Of a DNA stretch of 64,000 nucleotides, positions 41,082 through 51,647 are shown piece by piece (the stretch's first letter is position 1; every line of letters begins with the position of its first letter). This DNA is from Rippkaea orientalis PCC 8801. GTDB lineage: Bacteria; Cyanobacteriota; Cyanobacteriia; Cyanobacteriales; Microcystaceae. A model generated the notes under the pieces. The model was not told where the DNA came from, ran no database searches, and saw nothing but the letters and a program-made list of their open reading frames with translations. The stretch covers positions 2,510,097 to 2,574,096 of the forward strand of contig NC_011726.1 in the NCBI RefSeq assembly GCF_000021805.1, given 5' to 3'. The translations under genes and the position numbers were made by a program.

Positions 41082-42683
41082 TTAACTTCTGGGAATAGAA
41101 TCAACAGACTCCATGGGAGGATCAGCTTGTAAGATAGAGTCATGATGAAAGGCTTCCGGTTCTTCTTCTCCTTCGTGGTGTTCAGCAAAAGAACCCTTGG
41201 GTTCTTTGAGGAAAAACCAACACAAGAAAGCGACAACAACCGCAGCAATTCCCATCAGTTGAAAAAAGGCTGTATTGGCTTGTCCAATAATTTCTGGAGT
41301 GGGTTTCGCCCCTCCCCCTAACCATTCAGGTAATAGGCTAAAAATCGTTAAATAAGCCACTGCACCGACATTTCCGTAAGCTCCTACATTGCCAGCAATT
41401 TGACCTGTAATACGGCGTTTAATGAGAGGAACAATGGCAAAAGTTGAGCCTTCTCCTGCTTGAACAAAGAAAGAGCAACCCATAGTTAAAATAACGGCTA
41501 AAGGAAGCCAAGAATTATTATTCATACTTCCCATAAAAAGATAGCCAATACCCATGCCTAACGTTAATACTCCCATAGTATTTTTACGGCTACCCAATTT
41601 ATCAGAAATTAAGCCTCCTCCTGGACGGGACATTAAGTTCATAAAAGCATAAGTAGAGGCAATCATTCCCGCTTGGGCAGGACTGAGGGTAAAGGTTCCT
41701 TCAAAAAAAGCAGGAAGCATGGAAACTACTGCTAATTCGGAGCCAAAATTGACAAAATAGGTTAACTCTAAGATGGCGACTTGGGAGAAATTATAGCGAT
41801 CATCGGCGGGATAGCGTTTTTTACCGGTCATTAAATCTTTATTAGCTACCCAACAATTGTAAGCTTGAAATAGATATAAACCGACTAAAAATGTCCACAC
41901 AATATACAAGGTATTGACATCATATAAGCCAAGCTTTTTTAACCGCCAAGCTAATACCATAAGGATGCCCGATAAGGGAATGTTCATTAGTAATAAAAAC
42001 CAAAAATCTTTAGGGGTAGTGACTTCAATTCCTCTAGCATTTTTGGGTTTACGGTAAACTTTTCCAGGGGGATGATCTTGAACATTAAAGAAGTAGAAAA
42101 TCCCGTAAAGGGCTGCAATAATTCCCGTTCCGGCGATACAAACACGCCAATTTAATAACGCTTCTCCGGTTTGAGGATTAATTGCCCCAAAGGCTAACCA
42201 ACCCGCGATCGCAGGTAAGGTAAAGGCAGCCGCCGCCGAACCAAAATTGCCCCAACCGCCATAAATTCCTTCAGCTAAGCCAATTTCTTTGGGGGGAAAC
42301 CATTCTGCAACCATGCGAATACCAATGACAAACCCTGCCCCGACAATACCCAAAGCTAACCGACTAATCAGTAATTGATTAAAATTTTGGGCAGTGGCGA
42401 AAATGATACAGGGAATGGCTGCATACATTAGCAATAGGGTATAAGTTATCCTCGGTCCATACTTATCCAAGAGCATTCCGATGATGATACGAGCCGGAAC
42501 AGTTAAAGCGACGTTACAGATAGCTAGGGTTCTAATTTGCCCCACTTCTAAGCCAAAATCAGCCTGTACCTGTGTCGCTAAGGGAGCTAAATTAAACCAA
42601 ACCACAAAGGTCAGAAAAAAAGCAAACCAAGTCAGGTGGAGGATTTTATACCGTCCACGCAACGTCCACATTTCACCAAGCAT
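41082..42683 (-). CDS. nrtP: MFS nitrate/nitrite transporter (NarK/NrtP type)
   Basis: 533 aa, 12-TM MFS. Located between nirA and narB. Confidence 0.85.
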   Translation of the reverse strand: MLGEMWTLRGRYKILHLTWFAFFLTFVVWFNLAPLATQVQADFGLEVGQIRTLAICNVALTVPARIIIGMLLDKYGPRITYTLLLMYAAIPCIIFATAQNFNQLLISRLALGIVGAGFVIGIRMVAEWFPPKEIGLAEGIYGGWGNFGSAAAAFTLPAIAGWLAFGAINPQTGEALLNWRVCIAGTGIIAALYGIFYFFNVQDHPPGKVYRKPKNARGIEVTTPKDFWFLLLMNIPLSGILMVLAWRLKKLGLYDVNTLYIVWTFLVGLYLFQAYNCWVANKDLMTGKKRYPADDRYNFSQVAILELTYFVNFGSELAVVSMLPAFFEGTFTLSPAQAGMIASTYAFMNLMSRPGGGLISDKLGSRKNTMGVLTLGMGIGYLFMGSMNNNSWLPLAVILTMGCSFFVQAGEGSTFAIVPLIKRRITGQIAGNVGAYGNVGAVAYLTIFSLLPEWLGGGAKPTPEIIGQANTAFFQLMGIAAVVVAFLCWFFLKEPKGSFAEHHEGEEEPEAFHHDSILQADPPMESVDSIPRS

Positions 42684-42767
42684 TCGTTATTGTCCTCAAA
42701 TATTTAGGGTGTGGGGTATAGGGTGTAGGGGTCAAATTTTCTCCCCCTCCCCGACTCTCCCCCTCAT

Positions 42768-44309
42768 TTATTTCAGCTTTGCGCCGAAATTATCGATCAA
42801 AAGTTGTTGCAAAACGGGCAATAAATCTTCGCAAGCAATGCCTTTTTGCACACAGGTTCCCAGTTGGGCATCTTTACCGACTTTTCCACCCAGATAGAGA
42901 TCCACGCCTTCGACGGTTTTGCCGTTTTTGCGGACTTTTGTACCCATTAAGCCAATATCAGCTACTTGGGGCTGTCCGCAGGAGTTGGGGCATCCCGTCC
43001 AATGAATACGAACGGGTTGCGGAATATCTAGGACTTTATCGAGTTCTCTCGATAAGGCCAAAGCGCGGTTTTTGGTTTCCACTAGGGCAAAATTACAAAA
43101 TTGCGCTCCCGTACAGGAAACTAGCGATCGCTCTAAGGATGGGGGATTGATGCTAAATTTCTGTAATAGGGGTTCAGCGAAGAAGGGATTGAGATTTTCA
43201 TCGGGAATATTGGGAATAATGACGTTTTGTTCTACAGTTAGGCGTATTTCACCACCGCCATAGACTTCAGCCAATCTGGCGAGATCGATCATATCTTCCG
43301 CATAAAGCCGACCTACGGGAATGTGTAACCCCACATAATTAAGTCCGGGCTGTTTTTGAGCAAAGACTCCGATATGATCGCGTTTTTCCCAGTCAATCTC
43401 GTCTTTTTCCGCAGCAGTCGCCAACGGACGACCAAATTCTGCCGCTACTTTAGCGCGAAATTCTTCTATTCCCCATTCATCAATTAACCACATTAGACGG
43501 GACTTTTGACGGTTAGCCCTAGGACCATGGTTACGATAAACGGTTAAAATAGCTCGACATAACTCAACAACATCATCATTCGGAGGAACCCAGACATCCA
43601 GTTCAATCGCTGCCTCACAGCGTTTAGCCGAAAAGAAACCGCCAACAAGAACGTTAAAGCCAAGTTGACCGTCTTTGTAAGCCGGAACAAAGGCAATATC
43701 GTTAATTTCAGCATGAACTGAGTTATCCCGTCCCCCTTCAATGGCAATATTGAATTTACGGGGAAGATTAGTAAACTGATAGTTGCCTTCTCCGTGGTTG
43801 GTAATCATGTCTTGGACTTTTTGCACCAAGTCACGGGTATCAATTAATTCGTTGCCATCGAGTCCAGCCATCGGAGAACCCGTGATATTGCGAACGTTAT
43901 CCATTCCTGACTGCATAGAAGTCATCGAAACGGCTTTGAGACGACGAAAGATGTCAGGAATATCTTCTAAGCGAATACCCCTTAATTGCAAGTTTTGACG
44001 AGTGGTGATATCTGCATTGCCATCATCGCCATAACGCTGGATGATTTGTCCTAAAACCTTTAATTGCTCACTGGTTAAAATACCATTGGGAGTTCGCATC
44101 CGTAGCATAAACTTGCCAGGGGTCACGGGGCGGTAGAATATCCCTAACCACTTGAGGCGATGTTCGAGATCGGTTTTGTCCATGGCTTCCCAACCGATTT
44201 GGGCAAAATGATCTAGTTGATCTTTGACAGCTAGTCCATCTTTTTCAGCTTTGAATTTTTCAAATTTATTGAGGGATACGGGTTGATTAATTTCGGTGGC
44301 TTGGACCAC
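42768..44309 (-). CDS. nirA: Ferredoxin-nitrite reductase
   Basis: 513 aa. Sirohaem/4Fe-4S Cys cluster (..TGCPNSCGQ..). GTG start preceded by GGAGGAG. Confidence 0.9.
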   Translation of the reverse strand: MVQATEINQPVSLNKFEKFKAEKDGLAVKDQLDHFAQIGWEAMDKTDLEHRLKWLGIFYRPVTPGKFMLRMRTPNGILTSEQLKVLGQIIQRYGDDGNADITTRQNLQLRGIRLEDIPDIFRRLKAVSMTSMQSGMDNVRNITGSPMAGLDGNELIDTRDLVQKVQDMITNHGEGNYQFTNLPRKFNIAIEGGRDNSVHAEINDIAFVPAYKDGQLGFNVLVGGFFSAKRCEAAIELDVWVPPNDDVVELCRAILTVYRNHGPRANRQKSRLMWLIDEWGIEEFRAKVAAEFGRPLATAAEKDEIDWEKRDHIGVFAQKQPGLNYVGLHIPVGRLYAEDMIDLARLAEVYGGGEIRLTVEQNVIIPNIPDENLNPFFAEPLLQKFSINPPSLERSLVSCTGAQFCNFALVETKNRALALSRELDKVLDIPQPVRIHWTGCPNSCGQPQVADIGLMGTKVRKNGKTVEGVDLYLGGKVGKDAQLGTCVQKGIACEDLLPVLQQLLIDNFGAKLK

Positions 44310-44369
44310 GGATGACTCCTCCTTCAGGTCGCTTTGTTCTCATTTAATGGTTTGTTTTGGATAATTTTT

Positions 44370-44383
44370 GTATTAATTGTAAC
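44370..44383 (-). promoter_or_regulatory. Candidate NtcA-type site (GTA-N8-AAC) in the nirA upstream region
   Basis: gtattaattgtaac is a variant of GTAN8TAC. An imperfect -10-like TTAAAT lies about 22 nt downstream on the nirA strand. This is the only candidate in the 44310-44885 spacer. Confidence 0.3.
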
Positions 44384-44462
44384 AAAAATAAGGATTTTAT
44401 GTAAAAAGCGGATTTTAAAGATGATTATTTTGCATAACAACTATTTTATCTTTCACTTTGAC

Positions 44463-44654
44463 TCAGAAAATATTAATCTTTTGAAAGATAATCACTTGTT
44501 TTGTATCATCTTTAAGTTTAGTCAGAAATTGACTTCTAATTTCCCTACTCTCTGAAAATAAAATATCTGCAAAATTTTTGGCTTTTTTAAATGCTTTATC
44601 TGGCAAAGAATCAGCAATAAGAATACTACTAACTAAAACGTTAGTGTCAATCAC
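44463..44654 (-). pseudogene. Truncated PIN-domain (VapC-like) remnant
   Basis: The 63-aa ORF starts MIDTNVLVSSIL (PIN N-terminal Asp motif) but stops long before the C-terminal acidic residues. The upstream frame has a short antitoxin-like tail (..NWVNQEILDDILKNR*) and no start codon. Confidence 0.35.
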
Positions 44655-44885
44655 TAATCTAATTTTAGCGATTTTTTAGAATATCGTCTAATATTTCTTG
44701 GTTAACCCAATTATTAAACCCCTACAGAAATTTCCTAGCTTGATTTATCTTAATACAAGAAATACATAGTATTGATTCTTTATTTACATAGAGTGTGCTG
44801 AAAAAACTTTATCATTAGCGGAAATCTCGGTAAGCTAGGTGATGAACAAGATTTTGTTGTTGACCTCAGCACAGACTTATCTACT

Positions 44886-46091
44886 ATGACGAATAACTTG
44901 AAAATGGAAGCCGCTAGAATTGACGCGGCGAAAGAAACACGGGTCAACCAAGACTTAAAGAAACTGGTTTTAAAGACACAAGATCTTCCAGGGAAAGCTT
45001 TGGGGACAACTGAAACAGACCACATTCTCAACCTTGCTTTAGCAGTTCTTCACGAAGGGGATTTTCAACAACGGTGGGAAGTGGCTAAAATTTGGCCGAA
45101 ACTAGGAAAAAAATCGATCGCTCCCTTATTAACGATTCTCGCTGATGAAGAGGCTGATGTAGAAATTCGTTGGTTTGTCGGGCGGATTTTGGGGGAATTT
45201 GATGATCCCCAAGTCATTATGGCTTTAACCAACCTCCTTCAAGTCACGGAAGAAGAAGAATTGTCTATGATGGCAGCTTCAACCCTAGCTAAAATTGGAG
45301 AGGGTGCCATTGAAAGCTTAAGCAAGTTATTGCTCGAGCCGTCGTTAAGAATGACAGCAGTGCATTCTTTAGCCCAAATTCGTCATTCTCAAACGATTTT
45401 ACCCCTATTAACAGTGATCGATGATCCGAATCCTCAAGTCCGTGCTACGGTAATAGAAGCTTTAGGCAGCTTTCATGATGAGCATCTCGTCACTTTTTTG
45501 CTAAAAGGGTTGAAAGATCCCACTGCTAGGGTTCGTAAAGAAGCGGTCATTGCCTTGGGAATGCAACATCAATTCAAGAAAAAATTTGGGTTGGTGGAGT
45601 ACCTTAAACCATTACTTTACGATCACGATCCTCAAGTTTGTCAACAGGCAATTATTGCTTTAGGACGTATGGCAGATAATTCAGCAGCAGAGGCATTATT
45701 TATCTTGCTTAAGTCCCCTGCTACCCCTAATATGATGAAAAAAGAGGTGATACGAGCTTTAAGTTGGATAGAAACCCCTCAAGCGTTGGTGTATTTGCAA
45801 GAAGGACTGCGTTGGGGAAATCTGAAAGTTTGCGAAGAAATTATCAGTGCCTTGGGACGAGAGCAAAGACCTCAATTAAAAACTCAGGCTACCCAAATTT
45901 TGCTCAACTTTATTGATTCTGAGCAAGAAGCAACAAGAGAACCCCAGATTAAACAAAGTGTTGCTATGGCTCTCGGAGAATTACGCGATCCTATCTCTGT
46001 TGAGGTTTTAGAGAATCTAACAACTGATCCCGATCAAGGAGTCCGTCTTCATGCGATCGCAGCGTTACGCAAATTTTCGGACGTGAATTAG
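44886..46091 (+). CDS. HEAT-repeat (PBS-lyase-type) protein
   Basis: Repeated VRxxAIxALG motifs across 401 aa. Confidence 0.75.
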   Translation: MTNNLKMEAARIDAAKETRVNQDLKKLVLKTQDLPGKALGTTETDHILNLALAVLHEGDFQQRWEVAKIWPKLGKKSIAPLLTILADEEADVEIRWFVGRILGEFDDPQVIMALTNLLQVTEEEELSMMAASTLAKIGEGAIESLSKLLLEPSLRMTAVHSLAQIRHSQTILPLLTVIDDPNPQVRATVIEALGSFHDEHLVTFLLKGLKDPTARVRKEAVIALGMQHQFKKKFGLVEYLKPLLYDHDPQVCQQAIIALGRMADNSAAEALFILLKSPATPNMMKKEVIRALSWIETPQALVYLQEGLRWGNLKVCEEIISALGREQRPQLKTQATQILLNFIDSEQEATREPQIKQSVAMALGELRDPISVEVLENLTTDPDQGVRLHAIAALRKFSDVN

Positions 46092-46180
46092 AAACTACTT
46101 TGGGGTGAAACAATGGCCTTTTCTGGAGCATCTATAATTGAGTTCAAGGGAGCACGATAGGAAATCAAGCTAAGAAAACG

Positions 46181-47236
46181 ATGAGTAATACGTTTAGGGA
46201 ATATCTCAAAAAAATCGGTAGCGGAACCCATACAGGCAAGGATTTAACCCGTACTGAAGCAGCCGATGCTGCTAAATTAATGTTATTAGGAGAAGCAACT
46301 CCGGCGCAAATTGGCGCGTTTTTGATTGCTCACCGCATTAAACGACCCACGGCCGCTGAATTAGCCGGAATTTTGGATACATACGATGAAGTCGGACCGA
46401 AAATCCCGACTAATGACGTTAGCTTTGATTATCCTGTAACGGTGTTAGGGACTCCCTATGATGGGCGATCGCGCACGGTTCCTGTTACTCCGATTACTGC
46501 CTTAATTTTAGCGACTGCGGGGGTTCCTGTGGTGATGCACGGGGGCGATCGCATGGGGACTAAATATGGCTTACCCATGGTAGAAATTTGGCAAGGATTG
46601 GGGATCGATTTTACTCAATTTTCGTTAACTCAAGTGACGGAACTTTTAGCCAAAACTGGTCTTACATTTGTTTATGTCCCTCGTCATTTTCCTTTAATTA
46701 ATCCCGTTATTTCCTATCGCAATGAAATTGGTAAACGTCCTCCTTTAGCCAGTATTGAATTAATTTGGTCTCCTTGTTCGGGGGATGTTCATACTATGGT
46801 AGGGTTTGTTCATCCTCCTACAGAAATGTTTTTTAAAGAAACTTTTGAACTAAGGGGAGTTAAGCAGTTTACAACAATTAAAGGATTAGAAGGAAGTTGT
46901 GATTTACCCCTGAGTCGAACAGCCATTATTGGACTTGCAGAACCAGATCTTAAGCTTCCTTGGGAACGTCTTTTACTTCATCCAAAAGATTATGGTTTTG
47001 GCAATAAAGATATTGCTTTAGACTCAGAAACCAAAGTTATTGAACAGCTACAAGGAATAATCAACGGCGAGTCAAATGAGTTAATCTCTTCAGTTATTTA
47101 TAACGGTGGATTTTATCTTTGGCGTTGTGGTGTTTGTGCTGATTTAAAAACGGGATTTGAACAAGCAGAAACCCTTCTGAATGATCAAAAAGTTTCTCTT
47201 AAACTCCAAGAAATTATTAATTTCACAAATTCTTAG
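46181..47236 (+). CDS. Anthranilate phosphoribosyltransferase-family (TrpD2-like) protein
   Basis: 351 aa. Glycosyl-transferase-family-3 N-terminal helical domain. HGGDRMGTKYG motif. Confidence 0.6.
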   Translation: MSNTFREYLKKIGSGTHTGKDLTRTEAADAAKLMLLGEATPAQIGAFLIAHRIKRPTAAELAGILDTYDEVGPKIPTNDVSFDYPVTVLGTPYDGRSRTVPVTPITALILATAGVPVVMHGGDRMGTKYGLPMVEIWQGLGIDFTQFSLTQVTELLAKTGLTFVYVPRHFPLINPVISYRNEIGKRPPLASIELIWSPCSGDVHTMVGFVHPPTEMFFKETFELRGVKQFTTIKGLEGSCDLPLSRTAIIGLAEPDLKLPWERLLLHPKDYGFGNKDIALDSETKVIEQLQGIINGESNELISSVIYNGGFYLWRCGVCADLKTGFEQAETLLNDQKVSLKLQEIINFTNS

Positions 47237-47267
47237 GAGCGGGTTTTTCTTAATAATGATGAAGCGT

Positions 47268-47861
47268 TTATTGAGGTTCATCAGACAATTCTGAAAAAGA
47301 CTCTAAATTGACTTGATTATTATTAGAAGAAACGGGTAACGCAGTGATATTATGTTCTGCATAGGTTGAAAGGGGAAACTGTTGCTGAATTTGTCCCATT
47401 AAACTGGCCATTTCCAAGGCATTTAACGCATAATTCCAGCCTAAATTACTCTTAATTCCAGCGCGTTCTAACGCTTGTTGCATGGTATCGGTGGTTAAAA
47501 TTCCCAAAATTACCGGAACCCCTGTTTGAAAACTAACGGCAGCAATACCTTTAGTCACTTCTGCACACACATAATCAAAATGGGGAGTTTGTCCGCGAAT
47601 TACCGCACCTAAGCAGATAATGGCATTATAACGCCCTGAGAGGGCTAATTGACGGGCGACTAAGGGAACCTCAAAACTCCCTGGAACCCAAGCATAATCG
47701 ACTTGAGTACCATTTGGGTCAATATTAATCCCATGACGTTTTAAACAGTCTTGACAACCTGATAGCAGTTTTCCGGTCACTAAGTCGTTAAAACGACCAA
47801 TAACGATCGCAAAACGCAATAAGGATGGGTCTTGAGTAAAGGTTCCCTCAAAAGTTGCCAT
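47268..47861 (-). CDS. ribH: 6,7-dimethyl-8-ribityllumazine synthase
   Basis: N-terminus [15 protein letters not shown]. Lumazine synthase fold. 197 aa with a C-terminal extension. Confidence 0.9.
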   Translation of the reverse strand: MATFEGTFTQDPSLLRFAIVIGRFNDLVTGKLLSGCQDCLKRHGINIDPNGTQVDYAWVPGSFEVPLVARQLALSGRYNAIICLGAVIRGQTPHFDYVCAEVTKGIAAVSFQTGVPVILGILTTDTMQQALERAGIKSNLGWNYALNALEMASLMGQIQQQFPLSTYAEHNITALPVSSNNNQVNLESFSELSDEPQ

Positions 47862-47967
47862 GATGTTTGATTAACTCGATTTCAAGGATTGATTAGGTCA
47901 GCTTGTAGGGATCAACGTCTGTTAACCCCTACCCAAGTCTATTTTAAGCACTGTTTAGATAAATGGC

Positions 47968-48156
47968 TTAAATGACAAAGAAATTTAAAATGGCCACAAT
48001 AACCACTAGAATAGCCCAGATCGCCGATCCTAAATACAGTAGGGGTTTAGACTGATTCCAGTTTTGGGGAGAAGCATAGGCCACGGGAACACCAATGACC
48101 ATGACAAAGGAAAAAAGAACTAAAGCGATTAAAGCAAGTTGGAAGATAATTGACAT
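47968..48156 (-). CDS. psbZ: Photosystem II protein PsbZ
   Basis: 62 aa, two TM helices. Sequence [22 protein letters not shown]... Confidence 0.9.
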   Translation of the reverse strand: MSIIFQLALIALVLFSFVMVIGVPVAYASPQNWNQSKPLLYLGSAIWAILVVIVAILNFFVI

Positions 48157-48397
48157 TGTAAGATTCTCCTAAAGTTTTTGTAACTGGGTTAGGCTGATAG
48201 TGGGTAGTCAAGCTAGACTATCATCAACTATCAGGGGCTAAAAGCTTCCGATTATTAGTAAGCTATCAAAAATTCAGACCCATTATACCCCTATGGGGAA
48301 GGCCAAAAGCAAGGAAATCCCTTGCACCAGATAACCCCTAACGATAGGATCTAGGGTAATGTCCCCGAATTGACACTGCTTCAACGGCTCTAGACCT

Positions 48398-49057
48398 ATG
48401 TTAAAACTTTACCATTTGCCCATTTCTTTTAATTCTCGCCGTGTTTGGGTTGCTTTATTGGAAAAAGGACTAGAGTTTGAATTAATCCCCCTCAAACTCG
48501 ATGGAGATCAATTTACTCCCGAATTTTTGGCACTTAATCCATTCCATCATATTCCTGTTCTGGTTGATGGGGAATTTAGCGTCTTTGAATCTTTGGCTAT
48601 TCTGGATTATCTTGAAGCTAAGTATCCTAACCCTTCTTTTTTACCCAGTGATCCCCAAGGGTTAGCACGAGTCCGTATGATAGAGTTTGTGACGGTTAAT
48701 GAATTGATCCCGGCAATGACTCCTTTATTAAGGAATATGCTAGGAATTATGGAAATTACCCCGGAAAAGCAAGAAGAAGCCTTAGGAAAAATTAAACCTG
48801 TTCTTGACTTGTTTGAAGACTGGTTAGGCGATCGCGTCTATTTAGTGGGGGATACTCTCAGTTTAGCAGATATCGTCGCTGGAACCATTGTTCCGATGTT
48901 ACCGATGTTTGGCGTGAAATTGACTGGTTATACTGGTTTAACCGCTTGGGTAAAACGGTTAATGTCCCGTGACAGTTGGTCTTCTACTCAAGCAACTCCT
49001 CAACAAATTGATACATTTAAACAGACAATGCAAAAGATGATGTCTCAAAGGGGTTAA
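48398..49057 (+). CDS. Glutathione S-transferase
   Basis: N-terminal thioredoxin-like GST domain (LYHLPIS.NSRRV...) plus C-terminal helical domain. 219 aa. Confidence 0.85.
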   Translation: MLKLYHLPISFNSRRVWVALLEKGLEFELIPLKLDGDQFTPEFLALNPFHHIPVLVDGEFSVFESLAILDYLEAKYPNPSFLPSDPQGLARVRMIEFVTVNELIPAMTPLLRNMLGIMEITPEKQEEALGKIKPVLDLFEDWLGDRVYLVGDTLSLADIVAGTIVPMLPMFGVKLTGYTGLTAWVKRLMSRDSWSSTQATPQQIDTFKQTMQKMMSQRG

Positions 49058-49237
49058 ACATTAAGTGTTTTAGCTGTGTCAAGGCAATACTCGATTGACG
49101 CAGCTACACTATGGCAAGAGAAATGGTTTGAGTTATTGCCTAATTACACCTTGTATTCTAACCCAGACAATTAAGGGTTTTGCGTTATAGTGCGTAGGAA
49201 GATTGGTTCAACTAAAGCGAATTAACAAGAATTATTT

Positions 49238-50035
49238 ATGGAATACTTTTGCCAAGAGATAAACCAACCTGATGACCAAATCAACTTAGCAAAAGCTGCT
49301 TTATATTTTGCTCAAGAAGAATATCCTACTCTAGACGTAGAAGACTATCTTAATGCTTTAGATACAATGGCAGAAGAAGTTAAGGAACGTTTGCCAGAAA
49401 CCTTATATCCTCTCAAGATTATTAAGACGATTAATGAATATTTGTTTAAGGATTTGAAGTTTAGAGGAAATACCAGTGATTATTATGATCCTGATAATAG
49501 CTATCTCAATCAAGTGATTGACAGACGAACAGGGATTCCTATTACATTAGCTATTATTTATTTAGAAATTGCTAAACGGCTTAATTTTTCGATGGTAGGA
49601 ATTGGAATGCCAGGACATTTTATCATTCGTCCTGATTTTGAAGAGGTGGGAATTTTTGTTGATGTTTTTAACCAAGGGGAAATTTTATTTGAACAAGACT
49701 GTATCCAAAAACTCAGCGAAGTTTACCAACAACCGATGAAATTAGAACCTCATTTTCTTGAACCGGTTAGTAATCGGCAAATTTTAGCCAGAATGCTCAC
49801 AAATTTAAAATATATTTATATTAATGCTGAAAAATATCCCAAGGTTCTGAGAATTATTGAACTGCTTCTTATCATCTTTCCTAATCATCCCTTAGAACTG
49901 CGCGATCGCGGTTTATTATATTATCATCTGGGACAATGGCAACAAGCCACCAAGGATCTCAATTTATACTTAGCGATGTTACCCACGGCTCAAGATGCTC
50001 ATGCCATCCGTGAACTTTTGCAAAAAATTCGTTAA
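49238..50035 (+). CDS. SirB1/transglutaminase-like N-terminal domain + TPR protein (UPF0162)
   Basis: 265 aa. IGMPGHF motif typical of the family. Confidence 0.65.
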   Translation: MEYFCQEINQPDDQINLAKAALYFAQEEYPTLDVEDYLNALDTMAEEVKERLPETLYPLKIIKTINEYLFKDLKFRGNTSDYYDPDNSYLNQVIDRRTGIPITLAIIYLEIAKRLNFSMVGIGMPGHFIIRPDFEEVGIFVDVFNQGEILFEQDCIQKLSEVYQQPMKLEPHFLEPVSNRQILARMLTNLKYIYINAEKYPKVLRIIELLLIIFPNHPLELRDRGLLYYHLGQWQQATKDLNLYLAMLPTAQDAHAIRELLQKIR

Positions 50036-50076
50036 ACTATTAATGATTCCCTATTGTCTATCCCTTTAAAAAAGCT

Positions 50077-51009
50077 GTGTTTTTTAGTGTCGTCATCCCT
50101 ACCTATAACCGTAAACCGATTTTAGAAAAATGTTTACGAGCCTTAGAAAAGCAACAGTTAAGCGATCATAAAGTCACTGACTATGAAGTGGTTTTAGTTG
50201 ATGATGGATCAACCGATGGAACCCTAGAATGGTTAACAGAACATAGCGCAGAATTTCCCCATGTCCGTCCTTTTGTCCAAAACCATCTTGGTCCCGCAGC
50301 AGCTAGAAATTTAGGGGTAGAAAAAGCTCAAGGGGATACGATTATTTTTATTGATAGTGATCTGGTAGTAACAGAACAATTCTTACAGTCCCATGCTGAT
50401 GCTTTAGTTGACGGAAAAGAAAAATTAGGGGATGATCGACTATTTACCTATGGTGCAGTGATTAATACTTGTAACTTTGATAACCCGACTTCAGAACCTT
50501 ACAAAATCACGGATTTTTCAGCAGCCTATTTTGCAACCGGGAATGTCGCAATTGATCGGAAATGGTTAGAAAAAGTGGGACTATTTGATACAGGGTTTCA
50601 ACTCTATGGGTGGGAAGATTTAGAGTTAGGCGTTCGTCTCAAAAAATTAGGTTTAAAGTTAATTAAATGTCCTGAAGCGGTAGGTTATCATTGGCATCCT
50701 CCCTTTAGTTTAGCTGACATTCCTAACCTGATTGACAAGGAAATTCAACGGGGAAGAATGGGGGTATTATTCTATCAAAAACATCCCACATTTGAAGTCA
50801 GATTAATGATTCAAATGACGTTATTACATCGCGTTTTATGGGGAATTTTGTCGTTAGGAGGAATGTTAAATGAACGGACGCTTGCACCGTTTTTACAGTG
50901 GTTAATTGATCAAGGTAAACCTCAATTAGCCTTAGAAGTGGCTCGAATTTTTCTCAATTGGTATAACGTTAAAGGGGTTTATTCTGCCTATCGAGAATTA
51001 CAAACCTAG
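50077..51009 (+). CDS. Family-2 glycosyltransferase
   Basis: GTG start. N-terminus VVIPTYN. DxD (FIDSD). 310 aa. Confidence 0.75.
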   Translation: MFFSVVIPTYNRKPILEKCLRALEKQQLSDHKVTDYEVVLVDDGSTDGTLEWLTEHSAEFPHVRPFVQNHLGPAAARNLGVEKAQGDTIIFIDSDLVVTEQFLQSHADALVDGKEKLGDDRLFTYGAVINTCNFDNPTSEPYKITDFSAAYFATGNVAIDRKWLEKVGLFDTGFQLYGWEDLELGVRLKKLGLKLIKCPEAVGYHWHPPFSLADIPNLIDKEIQRGRMGVLFYQKHPTFEVRLMIQMTLLHRVLWGILSLGGMLNERTLAPFLQWLIDQGKPQLALEVARIFLNWYNVKGVYSAYRELQT

Positions 51010-51030
51010 CGTTTAAAAGATACTCCCAAT

Positions 51031-51258
51031 CTAAGCAAAACTAGCTACTTCTACAGGACGTTCAACCGCCAAAATTTGGCGATTTCGCTTAATTTCTTGT
51101 ATTTTATGTAGGGTTTGAGCACTTAGATAACTTTCACCACAATGGGGACAACTGACAAGCGGAATATTTTCTACGATCAGTAGATCTTTTCCTTTACCAT
51201 AAGCCCTAGAAATTAGGCGAATTTTTACACCATCGATTCCACAAATATCACAAATCAT
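51031..51258 (-). CDS. YgiT/MqsA-type zinc-ribbon antitoxin-like protein
   Basis: 75 aa. CDICG ... CPHCG zinc ribbon. Confidence 0.6.
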   Translation of the reverse strand: MICDICGIDGVKIRLISRAYGKGKDLLIVENIPLVSCPHCGESYLSAQTLHKIQEIKRNRQILAVERPVEVASFA

Positions 51259-51278
51259 GTTTTTTCTTTGAGCTTCTA

Positions 51279-51392
51279 TACAGTATACACTGTAATAATA
51301 ACAACTTTTCCAGTTGGACTTAGTTTAACTATAATTTCAACTTCTTCACCATCAAGAGTTCTTCCTCGAAAATGATGGGTTACTTTGATGAC
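51279..51392 (-). pseudogene. N-terminally truncated DUF4258-type toxin remnant
   Basis: The frame directly after the RelE-like gene stop reads VIKVTHHFRGRTLDGEEVEIIVKLSPTGKVVIITVYTV*. This is DUF4258-like, with no start codon. It ends 17 nt before the zinc-finger antitoxin start. Confidence 0.4.
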
Positions 51393-51647
51393 TTATTCTC
51401 CATAATGCGTCTTTGCACGGTGAATATAAACTAGCTTTTGTGTCTCGTCAATGGTATAAATAATTCTATCTTGATAAGATAAACGAAGGGAAAAGAAACC
51501 AACAAGATCTCCGACAAGCTTTTTACCGCTATAAGGGTTAATACTCAGGGTATCTTCAATAATTTTTTTGAGTTTTTGTTTTAATTTTGGAGTAAGTTTA
51601 GCAATATCTTTTTTAGCTTCCTTGGTAAAACGGACTTCGTAAACCAT
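51393..51647 (-). CDS. RelE/ParE (YoeB/Txe-like) family toxin
   Basis: 84 aa. C-terminal region ...RIIYTIDE..VYIHRAKTHYGE. Its start overlaps the antitoxin stop by 1 nt. Confidence 0.75.
   Translation of the reverse strand: MVYEVRFTKEAKKDIAKLTPKLKQKLKKIIEDTLSINPYSGKKLVGDLVGFFSLRLSYQDRIIYTIDETQKLVYIHRAKTHYGE

Noticed and set aside
44334-44555. 73-aa plus-strand ORF in the nirA upstream spacer
   Set aside because: Composition is AT-rich and low-complexity (FIFVLIVTKIRIL). It overlaps the PIN remnant on the other strand.
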